From an uncultured Acidimicrobiia bacterium (lineage in GTDB: Bacteria > Actinomycetota > Acidimicrobiia > Spongiisociales > JAENVV01), in contig CAZTLW010000001.1 in the NCBI GenBank assembly GCA_964614585.1, forward strand, positions 4 to 64,003: a stretch of 64,000 nt of DNA. Reading direction: 5' to 3'. Made by a program: the position numbers and the translations under genes. Position 1 is the first letter of the stretch. Every line of letters begins with the position of its first letter. Of the stretch, positions 20,217-28,280 are shown in pieces. The notes under the pieces are model-generated. The model searched no databases, was not told where the DNA came from, and saw nothing but the letters and a program-made list of their open reading frames with translations.

Positions 20217-21899
20217 TCAGACCGTGACCCGGAGGACCTCCTCGAGGCTGGTGTCGCCCGCGGCCACCTTGCGGAGCCCGTCGACGCGCAGCGGCGTCAT
20301 GCCCTGCTCGAGCGCCTTGTGGGTGAGCGCCTCCGTGGTGGCGTGCTGGACCACCATCCGCTCCACGTCCTCGGTCATCGTCATGAGTTCGTGCACCGCC
20401 ATGCGTCCCCGGTAGCCGGTGCCGGCGCACGCCGTGCAACCCACCGCCCGAAAGATGGTGGCGTTCCCGCCGGGGTCGACCACGGCCGGGTCCCACCCGA
20501 TGCGGTCCAGGGCGTCCTGGGTGGGCTCGTGCGGCTCCTTGCACTTCGTGCACAGGCGCCGGGCGAGGCGCTGGGCGAGCACGGCGTCGAGCGCCGACCC
20601 CACGAGGAACGGCTCCACGCCCATCTCGATGAGGCGGCTGACGGCGGCAGGCGCCGTGTTGGTGTGGAGGGTCGACAGCACCAGGTGACCGGTCAGCGCC
20701 GATTCGATGGCGATGTTGGCCGTCTCGAGGTCCCGGATCTCGCCCACCAGCATGATGTCGGGGTCCTGGCGGAGGAAGGAGCGGAGGGCGTTGGCGAAGC
20801 CGAGCCCCGCCTTGCGGTTGACCTGCACCTGGTTGACACCGGCGAGCCGGTACTCGACGGGGTCCTCCACGGTGACGATGTTGCGCTCGGCGTCGTTGAG
20901 CACGTTGAGGGTGGCGTACAGCGTCGTCGACTTGCCGGAGCCGGTGGGGCCGCACACGAGGATCGTGCCGTAGGGCCGGCGAAACGCGTCCTGGTAGCGC
21001 TCGAGGTTGTCGTGGTGGAAGCCGAGATCGGTGAGGTCCAGCATTGCCGTCGAGTTGTCGAGGATCCGCATGACGACCTTCTCCCCGTAGATCGTGGGGA
21101 GGGTGGAGACACGGAGGTCGACCGACCCGCTGGGGGTCTTCACCGAGATGCGGCCGTCCTGGGGACGACGACGCTCGGCGATGTCGATGTCGGCCATGAT
21201 CTTCAGGCGGGACACCACCCCGGCGAGGAGCCGGCGATTGGTGCGCATCACCTCGTGGAGCACACCGTCGATTCGGTAGCGGACGCGGACGTCGTGGTCG
21301 CCGGGCTCGACGTGGATGTCGGAGGCGCCATCGCTCACTGCTTTGAGGATCACCTGGTTGACGAACTTGACGATCGGGGCGTCCGCGGACGCGGCCTCGA
21401 CCGCGGCCAGGTCCTCCACGTCGATGCCGTCCTCCGACGACCCGACGAAGTCGCTGACGGCGTCCTCGAGCGAACCGAGGCGCTTCACGACCGCATCGAT
21501 GTCGGGCTTCATCGCCACGTGCAGGTCGATCGATCGCCCGGTGGCGGCCTGGATGTCGTCCTTGGCGAGGATGTCGTAGGGGTTGGCGGTGGCGACGAGC
21601 AGCTTCTCGCCGTCGAAGGCGTAGGGGATCGCCTGGTGCTTGCGAGCCAACGGCTCCGGCAGGAGGGCGGCGGCAGCGGGGTCGACGGTGATCTCGCCGA
21701 GGTCGACGAACTGGTAGCCCATGTGCTTGGCGATGACCCGAACGAGCGTCTTCTCGTCGACCAACGACTCCGCCACGACGTACTTGGACAGGGTCATGCC
21801 TGCCGTCTCGGCCGCGTCGGCGGCCGAGTACAACTGGTCGTAGGTGAGCAGGCCCTCCTCGATGAGGACGGCTGCGACACCGGCCTGTTCCTCGGTCAT
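20217..21899 (-). CDS. pilB: type IV pilus assembly (extension) ATPase PilB (GspE family)
   Basis: 560 aa, N-terminal T2SSE_N-like region (LIEEGLLTYDQLYSAADAAETAG), Walker A GPTGSGKSTT, VEDPVEY, tetracysteine CTKC...CTAC motif. Confidence 0.9.
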   Translation of the reverse strand: MTEEQAGVAAVLIEEGLLTYDQLYSAADAAETAGMTLSKYVVAESLVDEKTLVRVIAKHMGYQFVDLGEITVDPAAAALLPEPLARKHQAIPYAFDGEKLLVATANPYDILAKDDIQAATGRSIDLHVAMKPDIDAVVKRLGSLEDAVSDFVGSSEDGIDVEDLAAVEAASADAPIVKFVNQVILKAVSDGASDIHVEPGDHDVRVRYRIDGVLHEVMRTNRRLLAGVVSRLKIMADIDIAERRRPQDGRISVKTPSGSVDLRVSTLPTIYGEKVVMRILDNSTAMLDLTDLGFHHDNLERYQDAFRRPYGTILVCGPTGSGKSTTLYATLNVLNDAERNIVTVEDPVEYRLAGVNQVQVNRKAGLGFANALRSFLRQDPDIMLVGEIRDLETANIAIESALTGHLVLSTLHTNTAPAAVSRLIEMGVEPFLVGSALDAVLAQRLARRLCTKCKEPHEPTQDALDRIGWDPAVVDPGGNATIFRAVGCTACAGTGYRGRMAVHELMTMTEDVERMVVQHATTEALTHKALEQGMTPLRVDGLRKVAAGDTSLEEVLRVTV

Positions 21900-21927
21900 C
21901 GTCGTTCTCCCCAGCCCGGCCCCGGCG

Positions 21928-23190
21928 TCAGTCGCCGAGGGAGCTCAGTTCCTTGGCGAGGAGGCCCTTGGAGCGTCGCCTGAGCAGGTTCGGCAGGCCC
22001 CCGTTGGACTCTTCCTCGACGGCGGGTTCGTCGTCGGCGTCCCCGTCGTCGTCGACGGGCTCGTCGGCGGGCTCGTCGGCGGGCTCGTCCGCGTCCCCGT
22101 CGGCGTCCCCGTCGACCGCCTCGGCGTACTCGCCGGAGGCATCGTCGTCGACGCCCAGTTGAGCGAGCGCGTCCTCTTCGTGCATGGCCGCCACGTCGTC
22201 GTCGATCTCGTCGAGGGCCTCGTCCTGGTCGTCCTCGTCGTCGGCCCGGATGCCGGGCTTGGGGGCGTAGCCCTTGAGGCCGAAGTCGACGCCGGAGTCC
22301 TCGTCGCCGTCGCCCGCCCCTTCTGCGAGCGGGAAGGGCTCGGCGTCCATCAACGGCGGCTCCTCCTCGGGTTCCGGCTCGTCGGTGGCGGCGATGGACA
22401 CCAACTCGTTGGTCCAACCGGTGGGCCCCTCGGCCGACAGCGGGTCCTCGTCGACCTCGACGCCGGGGAACCGGTCCAACCCGCCGGTGGCCCGGCCGGC
22501 CCGGACGTTGTCGCCGACCCAGGCCAGCCCGCGGCTCACGAACGCGGCGACCTTGGAAGCGGCGTCGAACTCGCTCTCGCCGGTGTGCGACGACAGGCGC
22601 TTGACGGTGGTCCCCGACGCGATGAGGCCGAGCAGGGACCATTCGTCCTGGTTCAGCTCGACGAACTCGCTGCCCTCGGGCAGGCTCTCGGCGAGGTGGA
22701 TGCGGGCCGTCATGGACGGCACGATCTCGCGGATGGCGTTCCAGGCCCGGAGCCGCTCGTCGACCTCGTCGAGGGTGTCGTCGATGGAGAGTTCGGTGCC
22801 GAGGCGGATCGAGGTGGTGACGCCCTCCTCGAACTCGAACGAGCCCTGGCGGCGGCGCATGATCTCGACGAAGGCGTCGACCGTGAGGGAGCGGACGGCT
22901 CGGTCGTAGTCGAGCGGCGAGACCTCGTCCGTGAGGAGCTCGTCGGCCGACACGTCACCCGAGGAGACCTGCTCCCAGCCGTCCCGGTCCAACAACCCCC
23001 CACCGACGAGGCGGGACTTCACGGCCCGCTCGTCGCCCGCGCAGGCGAACAGCAGTCGACCGCCCTGCAAGTAGGCCCGCATCTCCTGGTCATCCGCCTT
23101 CACGAGCAACAGGCCCGTCTGTCCCGAGCGGCCGAGCAGGCGCAGGACCTCGGGCAGGGGGAATGAATCCAGGGTGCCCGACAACGCCAT
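21928..23190 (-). CDS. DUF4388 (PATAN-like) domain protein with long acidic C-terminal tail
   Basis: N-terminus MALSGTLDSFPLPEVLRLLGRSGQTGLLLV matches the DUF4388 signature. The C-terminal ~150 aa is extremely D/E-rich. First gene of the pil cluster. Confidence 0.7.
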   Translation of the reverse strand: MALSGTLDSFPLPEVLRLLGRSGQTGLLLVKADDQEMRAYLQGGRLLFACAGDERAVKSRLVGGGLLDRDGWEQVSSGDVSADELLTDEVSPLDYDRAVRSLTVDAFVEIMRRRQGSFEFEEGVTTSIRLGTELSIDDTLDEVDERLRAWNAIREIVPSMTARIHLAESLPEGSEFVELNQDEWSLLGLIASGTTVKRLSSHTGESEFDAASKVAAFVSRGLAWVGDNVRAGRATGGLDRFPGVEVDEDPLSAEGPTGWTNELVSIAATDEPEPEEEPPLMDAEPFPLAEGAGDGDEDSGVDFGLKGYAPKPGIRADDEDDQDEALDEIDDDVAAMHEEDALAQLGVDDDASGEYAEAVDGDADGDADEPADEPADEPVDDDGDADDEPAVEEESNGGLPNLLRRRSKGLLAKELSSLGD

Positions 23191-23230
23191 CGGTTTGAAC
23201 CTCCTTGTCTAGGAGGTGAATCGGCCTCGC

Positions 23231-24016
23231 TCAGGAGCCCCTTGAGTGCTTTGCCGCGGCGGCCATCGCCTCGACGGGCGGCTCGGCAGCGAACCAGAGG
23301 GCGAACGCGGCTGCGGCCTGGCCGACGAGCATGTCGAGCCCCCAACCGATGGGGAGGCCGTTGGCTCGGGCGCGGCTGACGGCCGGCGTCACCTCGGGTG
23401 CGTAGACCATCTCGAACAGGCCGGCAGCCTCTTCCACGACCCCGTCGGGCAGGTCGTCGCCGGCCATCCCGATCGGGGTCGCGTTGACGACGACAGCACC
23501 GGTGAGTGGCTCACCCCACGCCAGTGCGCCGGCCGCTCCCAGCGAGTCGAGGGCCGCGGCGGCCTCGGGGCGGCGGGCGGCCACCCAGACCTCGTGCCGG
23601 CCGGCGAGGACGTCCACCGCCGCGCGAGCCGCTCCCCCGGCCCCAAGGACCAGCACCGGGGCGTCGATGGGCAGCCCACCCCTCGCCCAGGCGTGCAGCA
23701 CGCCCGCGCCGTCGGTGGCGTGGCCGACGACCCGACCGCCGTCGACGTCGAGGGTGTTGAGCGCCCCCAGCCGCGCCGCCACCGGGTCGAGGCGGTCGAC
23801 GAGGCCGACGGCGGCGGACTTGTGGGGCATGGTCACGTTGGCCCCGTCCAGACGCCCTCGACGCAGGTCCTCGATGGCGGCGGCGAGCCCGGCGGGGTCG
23901 ACGTCGCGACGGCCGTAGGTGGCGTCGAGGTCCAACTCGGCGTAGGCGGCCTCGTGGATGGCGGGTGACAGGGAGTGGGCGACCGGATGGCCGAGGACGA
24001 CGAACCGCCGGGTCAC
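23231..24016 (-). CDS. aroE: shikimate dehydrogenase AroE
   Basis: 261 aa, MTRRFVVLGHPVAHSLSPAIHEAAY...NVTMPHK...VLGAGGAARA. Confidence 0.9.
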   Translation of the reverse strand: MTRRFVVLGHPVAHSLSPAIHEAAYAELDLDATYGRRDVDPAGLAAAIEDLRRGRLDGANVTMPHKSAAVGLVDRLDPVAARLGALNTLDVDGGRVVGHATDGAGVLHAWARGGLPIDAPVLVLGAGGAARAAVDVLAGRHEVWVAARRPEAAAALDSLGAAGALAWGEPLTGAVVVNATPIGMAGDDLPDGVVEEAAGLFEMVYAPEVTPAVSRARANGLPIGWGLDMLVGQAAAAFALWFAAEPPVEAMAAAAKHSRGS

Positions 24017-25080
24017 GGGATGACGCCGTCGGCCTTGGCCTGGTCCTTGAGGGCGAGGAACTCGTCGTAGTCGACCGTGAAGGAGTGACTGCCGTCGGTG
24101 GAGGTGAGCACGTAGAAGAGGTAGTCACTCTCGGCCGGAGCGGCCGCTGCCTCGAGGCTGGCGACGCCCGGGGCCCCGATGGGCGTCGGCGGCAGCCCGT
24201 CCACCCGGTAGGTGTTCCAGGGGGAGTCGACCTGCAGGTCGTCGAGGGTCACGGCGCCACCCCGCCGGTCGAGCGCATAGAGGACGGTGGCGTCGATCTG
24301 GAGCCGCATCCCCATCTCCAACCGGTTGGCGATGACCGAGGCGATGAGCGGCCGGTCCTCGTCGATGGCCGCCTCCGATTCGATCAGCGAGGCCATGACG
24401 ATCCCCTCGTACACGGTGAAGCCGGCCTCCTCGAGGCCCGACCAGTCGACGGCCGCCACCCGCTGCTCCATGGTGTCGGCGAGCAGGCCCAGCACGTCGG
24501 CGGCGGTGGCGTCGTCGAAGAACTCATAGGTGTCGGGGAACAGCAATCCCTCCCAGTCCTGCAGGCTTGCCTCGTCCGTGTCCTGGAGCAGCGACGAGGT
24601 CACGGCACCCGACAGCAAGGCCGACTCGAGCTCGGACCGCTCGATGGGCGACTCACGGACGATGACGTCGAGGATCTCATCGACTCGGAGACCCTCGGGG
24701 ATCGTCAGGCGGTAGGTCTCGATGACCGGCCCGGCGACGAGGGCGTCGATGATGACGTCGGCCGATGACCCCGAGACGAGCGTGTACTCCCCCGCCTGCA
24801 GCTGCGCACCCGCCGATCGCTCCCGGACTGCCTGGTCGAATGCCGAGGCCGCGATGACGCCCTCCTCCTCGAGCAGCCCGGCGATGGAGCGGGCCGTGGA
24901 TCCCTCGGGGACCACGACCACCACCTCCTGGCCGGCCACGATCGTGGCGTCCGGCCCCCCGCCGAGCCCCGACGCCCACTCTGCGAGCCCCGTGGCACCC
25001 CACCACGTCACGAGACCCACGGCGGCGACGACGGCGACGATGACGAGCGGACGTAGGGCAGAGCGCGACATGGGTGCCAC
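24013..25080 (-). CDS. mltG: endolytic murein transglycosylase MltG (YceG-like)
   Basis: 355 aa, N-terminal TM, YceG-like domain (...LQIDATVLYAL...). 4-nt overlap with aroE. Conserved aroE-mltG-ruvX-alaS synteny. Confidence 0.85.
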   Translation of the reverse strand: MAPMSRSALRPLVIVAVVAAVGLVTWWGATGLAEWASGLGGGPDATIVAGQEVVVVVPEGSTARSIAGLLEEEGVIAASAFDQAVRERSAGAQLQAGEYTLVSGSSADVIIDALVAGPVIETYRLTIPEGLRVDEILDVIVRESPIERSELESALLSGAVTSSLLQDTDEASLQDWEGLLFPDTYEFFDDATAADVLGLLADTMEQRVAAVDWSGLEEAGFTVYEGIVMASLIESEAAIDEDRPLIASVIANRLEMGMRLQIDATVLYALDRRGGAVTLDDLQVDSPWNTYRVDGLPPTPIGAPGVASLEAAAAPAESDYLFYVLTSTDGSHSFTVDYDEFLALKDQAKADGVIP

Positions 25081-25116
25081 GAATTGTGGCAGCGGCGCGA
25101 CTGAATCAGTAGCAAG

Positions 25117-25170
25117 GTGGGTACCGAGTACTTCGTACTGAGTACTCGGTACGTGGTACTCGGTACCCGG
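25117..25170. repeat. cluster of GTAC-containing palindromes (ggtaccgagtac / gtactgagtac / gtactcggtac x2)
   Basis: ggtaccgagtac (25120-25131) is the perfect reverse complement of gtactcggtacc (~25157-25168), with nested palindromes between. Related motifs lie downstream of other genes (see findings). Confidence 0.7.
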
Positions 25171-25174
25171 CCCC

Positions 25175-25591
25175 TCAGGGCCGAGCCTGCACGTCCAGCC
25201 AGCCCTGCAGCATCACGCTGGCCGCCACCGCGTCGACCTGCTCCCGGCGCCGACGGCGATCGCGCTCACGGGCGGCGAGCAGCTCCTCGGCCCGCGTCGT
25301 GGTGAAGCGCTCGTCGGCGAACTCGACCGGGAGCCCCGTGGCATCGGAGACGAGTTCGGCGAGGGCACGGGCTCCCTCGGCAGAGGGACCCTCGTGCCCG
25401 CCGAGTCCCGTGGGCAGGCCCACGACGACGCGGGCCGGGTCGAGCTCCTCGACGAGGGCGGGGAGCCGGTCCTCGAACTCGCCTGCCGGGACGCTCCCCA
25501 CGGGGCGGGCGGTGATGCCCAGGGGATCGGAGACGGCGACGCCGATTCGCACGGTTCCGTAGTCGAGGCCGAGGACTCGCCCGACGCTCAT
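25175..25591 (-). CDS. ruvX: Holliday junction resolvase-like protein RuvX/YqgF
   Basis: 138 aa, MSVGRVLGLDYGTVRIGVAVSD (RNase H-like fold). Confidence 0.88.
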   Translation of the reverse strand: MSVGRVLGLDYGTVRIGVAVSDPLGITARPVGSVPAGEFEDRLPALVEELDPARVVVGLPTGLGGHEGPSAEGARALAELVSDATGLPVEFADERFTTTRAEELLAARERDRRRRREQVDAVAASVMLQGWLDVQARP

Positions 25592-28203
25592 CGGTCGGCG
25601 ATCGCCCTCCCGGCGGCCTCCCGGGCGACGTCGATGGCTCGGTCGATGCCGGAGCCCTCGGGGCCACCGGCCTGGGCGAGTCGCGGGTCACGGGAGCCGC
25701 CTCCGCCGACCTCGCGCGCAGCGAGTCCGGCGATCTCACCGGCGCTGACCCCCTCGTCCACGAGGTCGTCGGAGACCACCGCGACGAGCGCGCCCTTGGG
25801 ACCGTTCATCGCTCCGAGCACGACCACCCCCGATCCCAGCCGGGCGATGAGCTCGAGGGCGAGGTTGCGCAGTTCGTTGGGGGGCAGGTCCTCGCGGGCG
25901 ACGAGCAGCGAATGCTCACCCACCATCTCCGCCTGGTCGAGGAGCGCGGTAGCCGTCTCGCCGCGCTGGGCATCGCGAAGGGTGGCCAACTCGGTCTCGA
26001 GTCCCTTCGTTCGCTCGATGAGCGCCTCGATCCGAGCCGGCACCTCCTCCTCCGGGGCACGCAGCAGCGCTGCGGCCCGGGACAGCGATCCCCGCAGGGC
26101 CGCGAACCGGTCGTAGCCGGCCTCCCCCACGAGGGCCTCGACGCGACGGGTGTTGGCACCGATCGACGACTCGCCGGTCACGACGAGTGGCCCGACGGCG
26201 CCGGAGGTGTCGACATGGGTGCCGCCGCAGAACTCCTTGGAGTAGGCGCCGACGCTGACCACGCGCACGATCTCGCCGTACTTGTCACCGAAGAAGGCGA
26301 CGGCCCCCGACTCCAGGGCCTCCTCCTTCGGCATGACGTCGGTGTGGACCGGGAGGTTGGCGACGACGTGCTCGTTGGCGATGCGCTCGACCTCCCCGAG
26401 GGTCTCGATGTCGACGCCCTGGTAGTGCGAGAAGTCGAACCGCAACCGACTCGCCTCGTTCAGGGAGCCCGCCTGGCGGACGTGGTCACCGACGACGTCG
26501 CGCAGGGCGGCGTAGAGGATGTGGGTACCGGTGTGGGCCTTGCGGATCTCGTCGCGACGGGGCGAGTCGATGGCCGCCTCGGCCTCCTGGCCCACGGCGA
26601 CCGAGCCCCGGGTCACGACGCCCCGGTGGCCGTGGAGACCCTGGACGGCATGTTGGGTGTCGGTGACCCGGACGGTGCCGGTGGGCGTGGTGATGGTGCC
26701 GACGTCGCCGACCTGGCCACCGGCCTCGGCGTAGAAGGGCGACACGTCGAGGAAGACCTCGACCTCTCGCCCCCGCTCGGCGGCATCGAGCTGCTCGCCG
26801 TCGGCAAGGATGGCGAGCACCTGGCCGGTGGCGAGCTCGGCGTCGTAGCCCACGAAGTCGGTGAGGCCGGTGACGTCGAGGATGCGCCGGTAGGCATCCT
26901 CGCGGGCAGCCGTCTCGCCGCCCTTCCACGCCGCCCGGGCCCGATCCCGCTGGGCCTCCATGGCGGCCTCGAACCCGTCGAGATCGACGGTGACGCCACG
27001 CTCGAGGGCGATCTCGGTCGTCAACTCGATGGGGAACCCGAAGGTGTCGTGGAGCGTGAAGGCCGCGTCCCCCGACAGGGTGTCGCCCCCAGACAGCCCC
27101 TCGAGTGCCACCTCCAGCTCCCGCTCCCCCTGTCCGAGGGTCCGCAGGAAGCGTTCCTCCTCGCGGGTGGCGACCTCGATGACGTGGTCCTTGGCGGCGG
27201 CGAGGTCCTCGTAGGCCTCGCCGAGCACGCCGACCGTCTCGTCGATGAGGGCCGGCATGACCAGGTCGTCGGCCCCGAGCTGGTGGGCGGCCCGAATCGC
27301 GCGCCGCATGATGCGCCGCAGCACGTAGCCCCGACCCTCGTTCGAGGGCATGACGTGGTCGCCGATGAGCATGGCGGTCGTTCTGGCGTGGTCGCCGATG
27401 ATGCGCAGCCGGGTGTCGCCCTCCCCGCCGTAGGCGGTCCCGGTGAGGTGCTCGGCAACGGTGATGATCGGGCGGATGAGGTCGGTCTCGAAGTTGGATC
27501 CGGCGTCCTGGAGCACCATGGCGAGTCGTTCGAGGCCCATGCCCGTGTCGATGTTCTTGCTCGGCAGGTCGCCGACCACGTGGTACGGCTCGTCCTGGAT
27601 GTTCTGCATGAAGACGAGGTTCCAGATCTCGACGAAGCGGTCCTCGCCCCCACCGATCGGGCCGCCGTCGGGACCGTGCTCGGGTCCCCGGTCCACGAAG
27701 ATCTCCGAGGCCGGTCCGCACGGGCCGGGGACGCCCATCTGCCAGAAGTTGTCCTTCCCACCCCGCTGGACCCGGTCGCCCGGCACGCCGATGACGTCCG
27801 TCCAGATGTCGGCGGCCTCGTCGTCGGTCTCGTGGACGGTGTACCAGAGCCGCTCGGGGGCGATTCCGAGCACCTCGGTGACGAACTCATGGGCGAGCGA
27901 GATCGCCCCTTCCTTGAAGTAGTCCCCGAAGCTGAAGTTGCCGAGCATCTCGAAGAACGAGAGATGGCGGTCGGTGGTGCCGATGATGTCGATGTCGATC
28001 GTGCGGACGCACTTCTGGACGCTCACGGCCCGGGGAAACGGCGGGGGCTCCTCACCGAGGAAGTACGGCTTGAACGGAACCATGCCGGCGTTGTTGAGCA
28101 GCAGGGTCGGGTCCGTGGGGATGAGCGACGCGGACGGGCGGTAGGTGTGCTCCCGCTCGACGAAGAAATCCACGAAGGCGCGCCGGATCTGGTTGGAGTC
28201 CAT
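25588..28203 (-). CDS. alaS: alanine--tRNA ligase AlaS
   Basis: MDSNQIRRAFVDFF...FFEMLGNFSFGDYFK...HTGTHIL...CGGTHV. ATG at ~28203; the 5' part of the 1284-aa ORF 25588..29442 is read-through and was rejected. Confidence 0.9.
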   Translation of the reverse strand: MDSNQIRRAFVDFFVEREHTYRPSASLIPTDPTLLLNNAGMVPFKPYFLGEEPPPFPRAVSVQKCVRTIDIDIIGTTDRHLSFFEMLGNFSFGDYFKEGAISLAHEFVTEVLGIAPERLWYTVHETDDEAADIWTDVIGVPGDRVQRGGKDNFWQMGVPGPCGPASEIFVDRGPEHGPDGGPIGGGEDRFVEIWNLVFMQNIQDEPYHVVGDLPSKNIDTGMGLERLAMVLQDAGSNFETDLIRPIITVAEHLTGTAYGGEGDTRLRIIGDHARTTAMLIGDHVMPSNEGRGYVLRRIMRRAIRAAHQLGADDLVMPALIDETVGVLGEAYEDLAAAKDHVIEVATREEERFLRTLGQGERELEVALEGLSGGDTLSGDAAFTLHDTFGFPIELTTEIALERGVTVDLDGFEAAMEAQRDRARAAWKGGETAAREDAYRRILDVTGLTDFVGYDAELATGQVLAILADGEQLDAAERGREVEVFLDVSPFYAEAGGQVGDVGTITTPTGTVRVTDTQHAVQGLHGHRGVVTRGSVAVGQEAEAAIDSPRRDEIRKAHTGTHILYAALRDVVGDHVRQAGSLNEASRLRFDFSHYQGVDIETLGEVERIANEHVVANLPVHTDVMPKEEALESGAVAFFGDKYGEIVRVVSVGAYSKEFCGGTHVDTSGAVGPLVVTGESSIGANTRRVEALVGEAGYDRFAALRGSLSRAAALLRAPEEEVPARIEALIERTKGLETELATLRDAQRGETATALLDQAEMVGEHSLLVAREDLPPNELRNLALELIARLGSGVVVLGAMNGPKGALVAVVSDDLVDEGVSAGEIAGLAAREVGGGGSRDPRLAQAGGPEGSGIDRAIDVAREAAGRAIADR

Positions 28204-28280
28204 CGTGGCGGCAGGATAGGGCGGTGGCCGGGCCTGCGGCCCGGAGGTACCTCGGTACGACGGTATGACGGTACGACGGA

